NCBI GenBank assembly: GCA_964291215.2
Contig: OZ219790.1
Location: 1,216,001 to 1,280,000, forward strand
DNA length: 64,000 nucleotides
Source: Alphaproteobacteria bacterium
Lineage (GTDB): Bacteria > Pseudomonadota > Alphaproteobacteria > MPNO01 > UBA830
Direction: 5' to 3'
The stretch's first letter is position 1. The number at the start of each line of letters is the position of its first letter. The position numbers were made by a program, and so were the translations under genes. Of the stretch, positions 53,651 to 64,000 are shown one piece after another. The notes under the pieces were generated by a model. It made no database searches. It saw only the letters and a program-made list of their open reading frames with translations, and was not told the origin of the DNA.

Positions 53651-54871
53651 ATGGCACGGATCGTACAAAAATTCGGCGGAACCTCGGTTGCCAATCTCGA
53701 CCGCATCCGTGCGGTCGCTGGACGAATTAAGGAGACCGTCGAGGCGGGCGATCAGGTCGCCGTCGTGGTCTCGGCAATGGCCGGCGCAACCGACCAGCTC
53801 GTCGCATGGACGAGGGAACTCTCCCCGATCCACGATGCCCGCGAATACGATGTCGTGGTGTCCTCGGGCGAACAGGTCACCGCCGGACTCGTCGCCCTCG
53901 CCCTCCAGGCGGAGGGTGTCGGCGCCCGATCATGGCTTGGCTGGCAGATCCCGATCGAAACCGACGATGTTCACGGCCGGGCCCGGATCTCTGCCGTCGA
54001 CGGCGATGAAATAGTCCAGCGGCTCGGCAGCGGACAGGTCGCGGTCATGGCAGGCTTCCAGGGACTCGGCTCCGACGGCCGGGTCACTACGCTGGGGCGC
54101 GGCGGCTCCGACACCTCGGCGGTAGCTCTCGCCGCCGCGATTCACGCCGACCGCTGCGACATCTTCACCGATGTCAACGGCATCTATACAAGCGACCCGC
54201 GTATCGTTGCGAAGGCCCGAAAGCTCGATAAGATCACTTATGAGGAGATGCTGGAGTTCGCGTCCCTGGGCGCCAAGGTGCTCCAGCCTCGATCCGTCGA
54301 ACTCGCAATGAACCACGGGGTGCGCCTGCAGGTTCGTTCAAGCTTCGATGATACACCCGGAACCCTGGTAGTCGATGAGGAAGAAGTCGTGGAACACGCA
54401 GTCGTCAGCGGAATCGCGCACAACGGCAACGAAGCGAAGATCACGCTGATCCGGGTTCCCGACAGGGTGGGCGTCGCCGCCAGCCTTTTCGGCTCGCTGG
54501 CCGCCGCCAACATCAATGTCGACATGATCGTCCAGAACGTCTCGGAAGACGGCAACACGACCGATCTCACCTTCACCGTGTCGCAACACGACATGGAGCG
54601 GACACTCCGGCTGGTCGAAGAACAACGGGGGGAGCTCGGATTCGAGCGTGTCGTCGGCGATGCGGATGTCGTGAAGATATCGGTGATCGGGGTAGGCATG
54701 CGCAGTCACGCCGGCGTGGCGACGACGATGTTCTCCGCACTGGCCGAGCGCGGAATTAATATCCAGGTTATTTCGACATCAGAAATCAAGATTAGCGTCC
54801 TCGTTGCCAGCACCTACACGGAACTGGCCCTTCGGTCGCTCCACAGCGCCTACGGGCTTGATGCGAAATGA
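53651..54871 (+). CDS. lysC: Aspartate kinase
   Basis: 'VQKFGGTSV', 'TLGRGGSDTSA', 'ISTSEIKIS'. Confidence 0.97.
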   Translation: MARIVQKFGGTSVANLDRIRAVAGRIKETVEAGDQVAVVVSAMAGATDQLVAWTRELSPIHDAREYDVVVSSGEQVTAGLVALALQAEGVGARSWLGWQIPIETDDVHGRARISAVDGDEIVQRLGSGQVAVMAGFQGLGSDGRVTTLGRGGSDTSAVALAAAIHADRCDIFTDVNGIYTSDPRIVAKARKLDKITYEEMLEFASLGAKVLQPRSVELAMNHGVRLQVRSSFDDTPGTLVVDEEEVVEHAVVSGIAHNGNEAKITLIRVPDRVGVAASLFGSLAAANINVDMIVQNVSEDGNTTDLTFTVSQHDMERTLRLVEEQRGELGFERVVGDADVVKISVIGVGMRSHAGVATTMFSALAERGINIQVISTSEIKISVLVASTYTELALRSLHSAYGLDAK

Positions 54872-55920
54872 GCTCGCAAGGCATCGACGCCAAGGCCTCG
54901 CGAGCGCAGCTGGATGCGCTGTGGAAATCCGGACAGGATTTCCTCGGCGTACCGCTCGCCATTCTCGGAGGCGCCATGACCTGGGTTTCGGAACGGAACC
55001 TCGTCTCGGCCCTATCCAACGCTGGCGGATTCGGCGTCATCGCCTGTGGCGCCATGACTCCCGAAATGCTGGCGGAGGAAATCTCCGAAACCTTCGAACG
55101 CACGGACAGGCCGTTCGGCGTCAACCTGATCACCATGCACCCCGAACTCGACCGGCTGATCGAGGTCTGCCTCGAACACAAGGTCACCCACATTATTCTC
55201 GCTGGCGGCCTCCCCGGCGCTCCGAGAATCGCGCAGGTCAAGGACGGCGGCGCACGGGTCATCTGCTTTGCCGCCACACTCGCAATTGCACGGCGCCTGG
55301 TACGCCAAGGTGCCGACGCCATCATTGTCGAGGGTGCCGAGGCCGGCGGTCATATCGGCCCAGTATCCACGACGGTTCTCGCTCAGGAGATATTGCCGCA
55401 TCTTCGCGACGTACCCGTGTTCGTGGCCGGCGGGATCGGGCGCGGTGACGCGATCGTAGCCTATCTCGAGATGGGCGCTGCCGGTTGTCAGCTTGGCACG
55501 CGCTTCGTCTGCGCCTGCGAATCCATCGCCCATGACCGTTTCAAGCAGGCTTTCATTCGTGCCGCCGCCCGCGACGCCGTACCATCCGTCCAGCTTGATC
55601 CGGGATTTCCGGTGATTCCTGTCCGAGCACTGCAAAACGCGGCGACCCGCGAATTCCAGGAGTTGCAGCGCGATGTCATTGCGGCCTTTCGGCGCGGAGA
55701 GATCGTTCAGGAGGAGGCCCAACTCCAAATCGAGCATTTCTGGGCGGGTGCACTTCGCCGTGCTGCGATCGACGGCGATGTCGAGACCGGTTCGATGATG
55801 GCCGGCCAGAGCGTGGGCATGGTGAACGGGATTCAGCCGGTGGCCAGTATCCTTGAGGAACTGGTGGACCAGGCGGTAGCGGCCTTGGCTGGCCGAGTGG
55901 TAGCCGAATCGTCCCACTGA
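54868..55920 (+). CDS. Nitronate monooxygenase/FabK-like flavin oxidoreductase
   Basis: 'GGAMTWVSE', 'PFGVNL', 'EG.EAGGHIG', 'AGGI', 'MAGQSVG'. Confidence 0.88.
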   Translation: MSSQGIDAKASRAQLDALWKSGQDFLGVPLAILGGAMTWVSERNLVSALSNAGGFGVIACGAMTPEMLAEEISETFERTDRPFGVNLITMHPELDRLIEVCLEHKVTHIILAGGLPGAPRIAQVKDGGARVICFAATLAIARRLVRQGADAIIVEGAEAGGHIGPVSTTVLAQEILPHLRDVPVFVAGGIGRGDAIVAYLEMGAAGCQLGTRFVCACESIAHDRFKQAFIRAAARDAVPSVQLDPGFPVIPVRALQNAATREFQELQRDVIAAFRRGEIVQEEAQLQIEHFWAGALRRAAIDGDVETGSMMAGQSVGMVNGIQPVASILEELVDQAVAALAGRVVAESSH

Positions 55921-56173
55921 CCCCCGGGAGGGGATCCGCGCGTCTGCAGAAAACCTGCCGCGGCGCCGACCGGATCACGGCCTGCCGCTTTCCTTGCGAA
56001 GCACTTGCACCAACGGGCCGCACACGACCTCTTCACGATACCATCGCTGGTGCGGAAGAAGGGCCCGCGTTCCTCCAGGATTTCGCGTCGATTGGGAGCA
56101 CGGCCGCTTACATGATATACTGCGGCGCGGTACGGTGCCCCAGCGAAACTCTCCGGGCGTCAGGAAATTCAGA

Positions 56174-57304
56174 ATGAACACTTCAGCGGCAACGGCAACC
56201 TTCGGTGACAAAGGAGAACTTGACGGCGCCGCAACGATTGGTTTCGAACTACGGCAACAACGTGAAACCCGTGGCTACACACTTGCCGATGTCGAGGCCT
56301 ACCTGCGGATCCGGTATAGCTATCTTGAGGCCATCGAGGCTGGGCAGTTCTCGGATCTGCCGGGACCGACCTATGTCATGGGTTTCATACGCAGCTACGC
56401 ACGGCTTCTCGAACTCGACGCAGACGATATTGTCGACCGTGTCCGAGCATGTCAGTCTCAGCAGAAACCAGCCCCATACAAGCTTGTGCCGTCAGGAACC
56501 GCCAAGTACGGGAAGCTGGCGGTCGTAGCGATCCCGCTCGTGGCCACAGGCGCGGTCGTGCTGGCCATTGCCGGCTGGTACTATTTCTCATCAAACAACC
56601 TGTCCATCACCGATCTCGGCGGGATATTCAAGGACAGCTCTTCTGCAATCCCCGAGGCCGCGGGCCCGAGGTCGCAAGAGGGCGAATCGGAGACCGCCAA
56701 TGTCGCGTCGTCGGCTGCCGAACCCGGCAGCAACCCGGTGACGTCCGCGACCAGTTCGCCAGAAACGGCCGGGCAGGCTGACGAACGGATTCAGGCGGAT
56801 GGAACCGGAGCGGCACCCGCCATCGATGCCGGCAAGGCACAGGTTGCGACGGTACCGCCGGACCCTGTCGGCAGCGGGACAACAGCGCCGCCCGTACCGC
56901 AACCGACAGACGGCATAGCCGCCGAATCGCCGACCGAGGTCCTGCCGAACACTGCGTCGCCTGCCGAGGCCCCATCGGCCGCTGCGTCGACATCGGAACC
57001 CGTTCCCGAACCTGCAGCACCAACGAATGACGGCACAACGCCGCGAGTCCTCTTGCAAGCCACTGGCGAGACCTTCATTGCGCTCAGAACTCCGGACGGA
57101 GAGATCTTCCTGTCACGACTCCTGCGGGCCGGCGAGATCTACAGAATTCCACCGGAGAACCCGGCACTAACTCTCGACACCGGGAACGCCGGTGCGCTCC
57201 AGATCGTTGTTGACGGTAGGACGCTTCCGCCGCTCGGCGCAGTCGGCACCGTAGTTCGGGACATCCCGCTTGATCCCCAGGGACTGCTGGAACGCAACCG
57301 GTGA
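56174..57304 (+). CDS. rodZ: RodZ-like HTH/DUF4115 membrane protein
   Basis: N-terminal HTH 'LRIRYSYLEAIE.G....LPG..Y..GFIRSYA', single TM, 'TGNAGAL.I.VDG'. Confidence 0.85.
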   Translation: MNTSAATATFGDKGELDGAATIGFELRQQRETRGYTLADVEAYLRIRYSYLEAIEAGQFSDLPGPTYVMGFIRSYARLLELDADDIVDRVRACQSQQKPAPYKLVPSGTAKYGKLAVVAIPLVATGAVVLAIAGWYYFSSNNLSITDLGGIFKDSSSAIPEAAGPRSQEGESETANVASSAAEPGSNPVTSATSSPETAGQADERIQADGTGAAPAIDAGKAQVATVPPDPVGSGTTAPPVPQPTDGIAAESPTEVLPNTASPAEAPSAAASTSEPVPEPAAPTNDGTTPRVLLQATGETFIALRTPDGEIFLSRLLRAGEIYRIPPENPALTLDTGNAGALQIVVDGRTLPPLGAVGTVVRDIPLDPQGLLERNR

Positions 57305-57344
57305 TAACATGTCTGCCGGCCGCAGTCGGCGAATACAACTTGCC

Positions 57345-58589
57345 ATGACCACTCTCAGACCTGTTCGCGGCACCCGCGATCTCCTCCCCGACGATGCGTT
57401 GGGCGCGCGGCACGTGATCGAAACCGGACGGATCATTGCCGACTGCTACGGCTACGACGAGGTTGCGACGCCCATCTTCGAAGCAACCGAGGTATTCTCG
57501 CGCACGCTGGGAGAGACTTCTGACATCGTCTCGAAGGAGATGTACACCTTCCAAGACAAGGGCGGCGGTTCTCTGACGCTTCGTCCCGAGGGCACTGCCG
57601 GCATCGCGCGAGCGCTGATCTCGGGCGGGCTCGGCCAGCACCTTCCCCTCAAGTTCTTTTATTCCGGACCGATGTTCCGATACGAACGCCCGCAGAAGGG
57701 CCGGCTGCGCCAGTTTCACCAGATCGGCGCAGAATTGCTCGGCGTCGCCGAGCCGATAGGCGATGTGGAGGTTATCGCTCTCGGATCAGCCATCCTCGAG
57801 GCGCTGGACATACGCCGGTCAACCACCCTCGAACTCAACACCTTGGGCAACGCCTTGAGCCGTGCCGCCTATCGCGCCGAGCTGGTGGAATATTTGAGTG
57901 ATCATGAAAACCGACTGTCCCACGACAGCCGCAGGCGGCTCACGCAGAACCCGCTGCGCATTCTGGATTCAAAGGACGAGAAGGATCGCGCGATCATTGC
58001 CGGCGCGCCAGACCTCGACGATAGCCTCGACAACGAATCGAGAGAGTTTTTCGACGCTGTGCAGTGCGGCCTCCAGGATCTCGGAATCGTCTTCAACCGC
58101 AATCCACGACTGGTTCGCGGTCTCGACTACTACTGTCACACCGCATTCGAGTTCACCACCGATGCCCTGGGCGCCCAGGGCGCGGTGCTTGCTGGCGGAC
58201 GATATGACGGCCTCGTCGCAGCCATGGGCGGCCCGCCGACACCCGGAGTCGGATGGGCATCGGGCATAGAAAGACTGTCGATGCTCATCAAGGCCGTGCC
58301 ACCGAGACGCGCGCCGGTCACCATCGTCCCGATCGGCGAACAGGCGGAAACCGTCGGAATGCAAATGGCGGACCGTTTGCGGAAAGCGGGCTTCAGAATC
58401 GACATCGGGTATCGCGGCCGGATCCGGCAACGTATGAAGAGGGCGAATGACATCGGCGCATCGGCGGCCATCCTCATCGGCGACGACGAGCTGGAGGAGA
58501 ATTCGGCGACCGTCCGGGATCTGCAGTCCGGAGAACAAACCTCGGTGCCGCTGAACGAACTGGAGACCTTCCTGCGAAAGTACGGATAG
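57345..58589 (+). CDS. hisS: Histidine--tRNA ligase
   Basis: 'RGTRD', 'LRPEGTA', '[16 protein letters not shown]', 'RGLDYY', 'GGRYD'. Confidence 0.97.
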   Translation: MTTLRPVRGTRDLLPDDALGARHVIETGRIIADCYGYDEVATPIFEATEVFSRTLGETSDIVSKEMYTFQDKGGGSLTLRPEGTAGIARALISGGLGQHLPLKFFYSGPMFRYERPQKGRLRQFHQIGAELLGVAEPIGDVEVIALGSAILEALDIRRSTTLELNTLGNALSRAAYRAELVEYLSDHENRLSHDSRRRLTQNPLRILDSKDEKDRAIIAGAPDLDDSLDNESREFFDAVQCGLQDLGIVFNRNPRLVRGLDYYCHTAFEFTTDALGAQGAVLAGGRYDGLVAAMGGPPTPGVGWASGIERLSMLIKAVPPRRAPVTIVPIGEQAETVGMQMADRLRKAGFRIDIGYRGRIRQRMKRANDIGASAAILIGDDELEENSATVRDLQSGEQTSVPLNELETFLRKYG

Positions 58590-58690
58590 GATGCCATGCA
58601 GTCATTGTCGGGCAGCAACTCCAGCGACACATGTCCTGCTGTGGCGGGGAGATCTCGGCATATGGCGCGAGAACCGGCGGGAACCGAAAC

Positions 58691-59767
58691 GTGAACCTCG
58701 AAAAACGACTCGATCAGATCGTCGCCCATCACAACAGGCTGTCCGAGCAGCTGTCCGAGGGCGCCGGCGCTGATCCGGAACAGTTTGTCCGCCTGTCCAA
58801 GGACTACGCAGAGCTCTCACCGGTGGTCGCGTGCATAGAGAAGTTGCATGCGGTCAGGCAGGAGGCCAGCAACCTCGACGCCCTGATTTCCGAACAGGAT
58901 TCCGATCCCGAAATCGTCGCGATGGCCACGGACGAGCTACAGCAACTCCATGCCCGCCTGCCCGAGCTGGAACAGAAGCTGCGGATCATGCTGCTGCCGA
59001 ACGACGCCGCCGACCGCAAGAGTGCCATTCTGGAAATTCGGGCAGGGACCGGAGGCGACGAAGCCGCGCTGTTCGCGGCCGACCTGCTCCGCATGTACCA
59101 GCGCTATGCGGAACGGCGCAGCTGGACCTTCAATATCCTGCACGGATCGGATACCGGACTCGGCGGCTTCAAGGAAGCTGCCGCGGAAATCGTTGGCGAA
59201 GGCGTGTTTGCGCGCATAAAGTTCGAATCGGGCGTTCACCGGGTGCAACGCGTACCTGACACCGAGTCGGGCGGACGCATCCATACCTCGGCCGCAACCG
59301 TCGCCGTGCTGCCGGAAGCCGAGGAGGTCGACATAGAGATCAATGAATCCGATCTGCGCATCGACACGTTCCGAGCCCAGGGCGCCGGTGGCCAACACGT
59401 CAACACCACCGACAGCGCCGTACGGATTACCCACATTCCCACGGGCATCGTGGTCTCGCAGCAGGATGAAAAGTCCCAGCACAAGAACCGCAGCAAGGCA
59501 CTCAAGATCCTCAGGGCCCGACTGTATGACGCCCAGCGCACGGCAATGGAGGCTGAACGCGCAGCCGAACGTCGAAGCCAAGTCGGCTCCGGCGACCGTT
59601 CCGAGCGAATCCGCACCTACAACTTTCCCCAGGGCAGGGTGTCCGATCACCGCATCAACCTGACGCTCCACAAGCTGAATTCGGTGCTTGAGGGCGAAGC
59701 ACTCGACGAGATAATAGATGCGCTGATCGCCGAGGACCAAGCCCGCCGGCTTGCCGCCGAACCATGA
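58691..59767 (+). CDS. prfA: Peptide chain release factor 1
   Basis: '[11 protein letters not shown]', 'RVPDTE' (PxT), 'GAGGQHVN', 'RIRTYNFPQ'. Confidence 0.97.
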   Translation: MNLEKRLDQIVAHHNRLSEQLSEGAGADPEQFVRLSKDYAELSPVVACIEKLHAVRQEASNLDALISEQDSDPEIVAMATDELQQLHARLPELEQKLRIMLLPNDAADRKSAILEIRAGTGGDEAALFAADLLRMYQRYAERRSWTFNILHGSDTGLGGFKEAAAEIVGEGVFARIKFESGVHRVQRVPDTESGGRIHTSAATVAVLPEAEEVDIEINESDLRIDTFRAQGAGGQHVNTTDSAVRITHIPTGIVVSQQDEKSQHKNRSKALKILRARLYDAQRTAMEAERAAERRSQVGSGDRSERIRTYNFPQGRVSDHRINLTLHKLNSVLEGEALDEIIDALIAEDQARRLAAEP

Positions 59768-60723
59768 TCGGCCAACCGGCGGCAACGCTGGCCACTGCCC
59801 TTCGCGATGCCGTCGACAGCTTGACCGCCGTCGGCATTGCCGGTGCGGCCCGCGATGCGCGGATACTGGCCTCCGAAGCGACCGGTCTCAGCCGGGAGGA
59901 GATGCTGCGCGTCCCCGACACCCGGCTTTCGCAAGAGGTTCTCGGGCACTTTGAGTCGCTGGTCGCCAAGCGCCGGCTGGGCGAACCGGTCTCCAGAATC
60001 GTCGGGCGGCGGGAATTCTGGGGGCTCGAATTCATGATTACTCCGGCAACTCTCGACCCTCGCCCGGACAGCGAAACTCTGGTCGAAGCGATCCTGAACC
60101 GAAAGGAAACGCTTGCGCGGATGCCCCGGATTCTCGATGTCGGCACTGGCAGCGGCTGCCTGCTCCTTGCCCTGCTCCATGGACTGCCGGCGGCCATGGG
60201 GGTCGGAATCGACATCTCTCCGGCAGCCTGCATGGTTGCGGCAGCCAATGCCAGACGCCTGGGTCTTGACGGCAGAGCGGCATTCGTTTCCGGGAATTGG
60301 ATTGAGCCGTTGGCAGGACGGTTCGACATCGTCGTTTCCAATCCTCCGTACATTCCATCGTCGGAAATCTCCGCGCTTGCACCGGAAGTGCGCGCGCACG
60401 ATCCCGCCGTCAGCCTAGATGGCGGCCGCGACGGTCTTGAGGGATTCCGAAAGCTCGCCGGTTCCCTCAGACCCCTGCTTCAACCGGACGGCCTTGTCGC
60501 CGTCGAAATCGGTCATTCACAGCAGCAGGAGGTCGACGATATCTTCGCCGACAACGGCTTCTCCGCCCGACACCTGTACCATGATCTCTCCGGACGCCCG
60601 CGTGTCCGGCTATACACCGCAGCGGTCTCCATGCAGAACGACAGACTCTGTCCTCCAGAACGTTCGATGCGCGGCTTCCGGGCACCGGACGCACCCGGTA
60701 TCGTACAACCAGGCAGCGCGTAG
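59764..60723 (+). CDS. prmC: Release factor glutamine methyltransferase
   Basis: '[10 protein letters not shown]', 'LDVGTGSGC', 'NPPY'; overlaps prfA stop. Confidence 0.95.
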   Translation: MIGQPAATLATALRDAVDSLTAVGIAGAARDARILASEATGLSREEMLRVPDTRLSQEVLGHFESLVAKRRLGEPVSRIVGRREFWGLEFMITPATLDPRPDSETLVEAILNRKETLARMPRILDVGTGSGCLLLALLHGLPAAMGVGIDISPAACMVAAANARRLGLDGRAAFVSGNWIEPLAGRFDIVVSNPPYIPSSEISALAPEVRAHDPAVSLDGGRDGLEGFRKLAGSLRPLLQPDGLVAVEIGHSQQQEVDDIFADNGFSARHLYHDLSGRPRVRLYTAAVSMQNDRLCPPERSMRGFRAPDAPGIVQPGSA

Positions 60724-60842
60724 TCACCCTGGATCCGTATCTGCTCCGCCACTCGGGGGCAGGACGGGAGTGCTGCCAGCGATTTCCTTGCCGGGAATAC
60801 GGTGGTGGCCTAGGATCGGAGCGCAATACGGGGAAACACGCA

Positions 60843-61724
60843 ATGTCGGAACCAGGTGTGCCGTCGGTCGTGGGAGTGTTCGGTGGCAGCGGCGTCTACA
60901 ATATCGAGGATATCGGCGATGCCACGGTGAAGCGCGTCGATACGCCTTTCGGCGACCCCTCAGGGGAACTGGTCTGCGGTACGATCGGCGGACAACAGGC
61001 CGTGTTCCTGCCGCGGCACGGTCCTGACCACCAACTCCCTCCCACCGCGATCAATTACCGCGCCAACATCGACGCCCTGAAGCGCCAGGGTGTCACCGAA
61101 ATCCTCTCAATCGGCGCCGTAGGCTCGCTCAAGCTGGAATACCCGCCCGGTCATTTCGTGATCGTCGACCAGTTCATCGACCGCACCCATGCCCGCGAAA
61201 AGAGCTTCTTCGGTGCCGGCTGCGTGGCTCATGTTTCCATGGCCGATCCCGTATGCTCCCGGCTCGCTGGCGCCGTAGCCGAATCACTCGCCGATCTCGG
61301 CGTTCCGCACAGCCTCGGCGGTACCTATGTGGCGATGGAGGGACCGCAGTTCTCCAGCCGGGCGGAGAGCGAACTATACCGCTCCTGGGGCTGCGACGTG
61401 GTCGGCATGACCAACATGCCGGAGGCCAAGCTCGCCCGCGAAGCCGAGATATGCTACGTCAGCGTCGCTATGGTTACCGACTATGACTGCTGGCATCAGG
61501 GTCACGAGGATGTGTCCGTGGAAACCATTCTCGAAGTGTTGCATGCTAACGCCGACAAGGCCAAGATGCTGGTGAAGAACCTCCTGCCGCACCTTTCGAA
61601 CCGGAAGGCGCGTTGCGGTGCAGGCTGTCACACGGCGCTCGACAGTGCCGTCGTCACGCCCCCCGAAGCACGTGACCCGGCGCTGCTGGCAAAGCTGGAC
61701 GCTGTGGCCGGACGCATCCTCTAG
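60843..61724 (+). CDS. mtnP: S-methyl-5'-thioadenosine phosphorylase
   Basis: 'GGSG.Y', 'FLPRHG', 'EGPQFS', 'GMTNMPEAKLAREAE', 'VTDYDCW'. Confidence 0.93.
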   Translation: MSEPGVPSVVGVFGGSGVYNIEDIGDATVKRVDTPFGDPSGELVCGTIGGQQAVFLPRHGPDHQLPPTAINYRANIDALKRQGVTEILSIGAVGSLKLEYPPGHFVIVDQFIDRTHAREKSFFGAGCVAHVSMADPVCSRLAGAVAESLADLGVPHSLGGTYVAMEGPQFSSRAESELYRSWGCDVVGMTNMPEAKLAREAEICYVSVAMVTDYDCWHQGHEDVSVETILEVLHANADKAKMLVKNLLPHLSNRKARCGAGCHTALDSAVVTPPEARDPALLAKLDAVAGRIL

Positions 61725-61735
61725 GAATCGACGCA

Positions 61736-62887
61736 ATGGTTTCGGACGATATTCCGATCACCCTTGGAATCGAGGAAGAGTTCTTCCTGATTGATCCCGA
61801 AACCCGGGATCTCCTTACCAACCCCGACCCAAGGATTTTCGAGGAATGCGAACGTACCAGGGGACCACACATGGTGGTGCCCGAAGCCTTGCGTGCGCAG
61901 ATCGAAACCAACACGAAAGTTTGCGGATCGATAGCCGAACTGCGAACGGCAGTCGAGGAGACCCGACGTCTGGTGATCGAGGCAGCGGCCAAATTTGACG
62001 CCGCGGTGCTCGCCTGCTCGATGCATCCCTTTGCGCGATGGCAAACGCAGATGACAACCCCGAAGAATCGCTACAGGGAGTTTGAGAACAGTTTTCAGGA
62101 GAATATGCGTCGGCTTCTCATCGGCGGCATGCACATTCACGCCGGCTTCGGGGATCCCGACACGCGCATCGAGGTGATGACGGCGATCCGCCGCTATCTG
62201 CCCTTGCTGCTGGCGGTGTCGACCTCGTCACCTTTCAATGCCGGCCGCACGACTGGATTCAAATCCTATCGCCTGAGCATTTTCGGCACGCTCCCGCGCA
62301 CCGGCTTGCCTGGACCACTGTCATCGTATGCCGAATACGACCGGCTGATCGAAAACTACCAGGACATGAATTTCATCGCTGACGGCAGCGAACTCTGGTG
62401 GGACATACGCCCCTCGCACAAGTACCCGACCATCGAAATGCGCATCTGTGACGTCTGTCCGCGGATTGAGGACGCGATCAGCATCGCCGCCCTTTACGCG
62501 AGCCTGCTCAGGAACCTCCTGCGACGGGCCCGGGACGGACGCCTTGAGGCGGAACCGCTGACGGAGCTCATATTCGAGAATCGATGGGTCGCGCAACGCT
62601 ATGGCGTCCTCGCCTTCCTCGGCGATCTGAACAACGGCGGCCGCATCGACATACAGGATTACGCAGAGCAATTGCTGGAGGGTCTTGACGAGGATGCCCA
62701 TGCGCTCGGATGCGACGCCGAGATTGGCCAGATACTTACCGTCATCCGTGAGGGAAGCGCTGCCGACCGCCAAGTCGACCACTATCGGCTGAGGCTTCTC
62801 GAAGGCGATTCGGACGAAGAGGCGCTACGTTCCGTGGTCGATCTCATGATTGCCGAGACCAAACACGGAAGCAGTGCAACCGCGTGA
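61736..62887 (+). CDS. Carboxylate-amine ligase (YbdK/GCS2 family)
   Basis: 'TLGIEEEF', 'GMHIH', 'SSPF', 'WWDIRP', 'TIEMRICD'. Confidence 0.92.
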   Translation: MVSDDIPITLGIEEEFFLIDPETRDLLTNPDPRIFEECERTRGPHMVVPEALRAQIETNTKVCGSIAELRTAVEETRRLVIEAAAKFDAAVLACSMHPFARWQTQMTTPKNRYREFENSFQENMRRLLIGGMHIHAGFGDPDTRIEVMTAIRRYLPLLLAVSTSSPFNAGRTTGFKSYRLSIFGTLPRTGLPGPLSSYAEYDRLIENYQDMNFIADGSELWWDIRPSHKYPTIEMRICDVCPRIEDAISIAALYASLLRNLLRRARDGRLEAEPLTELIFENRWVAQRYGVLAFLGDLNNGGRIDIQDYAEQLLEGLDEDAHALGCDAEIGQILTVIREGSAADRQVDHYRLRLLEGDSDEEALRSVVDLMIAETKHGSSATA

Positions 62888-62894
62888 AGCATCA

Positions 62895-63400
62895 CCATTC
62901 GCCTGCAGTGTAACATCGGCATGGGTCCGTTTTGGGCCCGTCACGAAACAATCGCGTCTGTGTCGGGCGTTGGCAAGAGTGAATAGTTCCAACCCGCCCT
63001 GGAATTTTGCGCGGTCGAGGGCCTTTATCTCGGCATCCTTGATTCCCTTCGGACAGGTGTTTTCGTCGACATCGCAATAGACCTTGAGGCCGGTTTCGGT
63101 GGTGGTTGCTCTGATTCAGGCTGACGATGGTCGCAAGGCTGCGCAGCGGCTTGCCGCGCCAGTTCTGGCTGATGAACGAGAACAGGCGATGCGGTTCCAT
63201 TTGCTGGTGCCGGGCGGCAGACCATGATCTCGAGTTCCCTGGCGAGCTTCTGCAGTTCGACCTTCCACAGCCGCGCCCCGTTCGACCCGCCGCAGTCGGC
63301 GGTGATCAGCAGCCGCCCCGGGGCAGCGCCCGAGGCGCCGCCACCGGGTGCTTTCCACCGCAAACGCCGCGGTGTCATGGCCGACATTGACCCGGCCGAT
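62895..63400 (-). mobile_element. ISAzo13-family transposase remnant
   Basis: 'HDTAAFAVES', 'LLITADCGGSNG', 'PPGTSKWN', 'HRLFSFISQNWRGKPL'. Confidence 0.85.
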
Positions 63401-63880
63401 GTTCAGATATCCTGACCTCGTGAGTTGACTTGATCAGTCCGGCCCCCCTTTTTCCACCACGAATGAACGATTTTACCGGTTCTTGCTTGGCAACATAGCC
63501 GCGTGATGGCCCGATATACCATGATGCCTGTAATTGGATACTCCCCGCCATGAACACGCTCGCGATGCACTCTCCTGAAGCCATCGGAACCTCGTACTTC
63601 TCCCTTGCGGATGTCGACGGACAGACCGTCTACTTCTCGAACATGGAGCCCTGCCACGACGAGGGCGACCGGCCGGCGATTCTGCTGCGGATCGCCAGGC
63701 ACGGCGTTCCTCAAAGAGACCTGCAGACGGCGTGAGCCGCGCGACCGTGCAGCGGGCGGTGAAGAAGCTCCGGAACCGGCCTCCGCATGATCTACGAACT
63801 GTCAGACAACACACGCAAACTCGGCCCAGAATCATCACCCTGATTGGAAGAAATCAAAGCCGAGGTCAGGATATCTGAAC
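63401..63880 (+). mobile_element. Internally deleted element with perfect 20-bp TIRs
   Basis: GTTCAGATATCCTGACCTCG (63401-63420) / CGAGGTCAGGATATCTGAAC (63861-63880); HTH-like fragment 'GVPQRDL...VSRATVQRAVKKLR'. Confidence 0.75.
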
Positions 63881-64000
63881 TTCGACGACGGCGAGCTGGC
63901 GGCCACCTCCTTGAGCGCACCGATGTCCGCGGCAAGGTGATCACCCGCGCTGCACACGACGCTGATCACCCGGCGCTGCGGCGCAGACCACGTCTTCCCG
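63881..64000 (+). mobile_element. ISAs1-family transposase fragment
   Basis: Frameshifted 'GELAA', 'DVRGKVIT', 'ALHT', 'GADHVF'. Confidence 0.55.

Overview
High-GC alphaproteobacterial (Rhodospirillales-like) chromosome segment with three zones. (1) About 0.4-20 kb: TRAP transporter and aromatic/heterocycle catabolism genes plus cysS, peppered with MITEs and IS remnants. (2) About 20-39.8 kb: an IS graveyard (IS1634, IS66/ISBst12-type, IS30, IS630, MITEs, partly nested). It encloses a translationally coupled AAA_14-DUF4143 + NACHT-like STAND ATPase/nuclease operon and a TbpB-like lipoprotein with a truncated Slam. (3) About 39.9-62.9 kb: intact core genes (secA, argJ, mutT, grxC, ubiG, lysC, rodZ, hisS, prfA, prmC, mtnP), apparently lacking several normally syntenic genes (comF, ptsP, ispG, PPIase), followed by more IS debris. 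The most notable signals are: an IS66-family element carrying a short Dam-like adenine methyltransferase; a dense signature of ~5-7 bp microhomology-bounded deletions in every multi-copy IS compared while core genes are intact; and the NLR-like operon with a perfect operator palindrome over a leaderless promoter. Functional calls come from motif recognition only; no searches were run.
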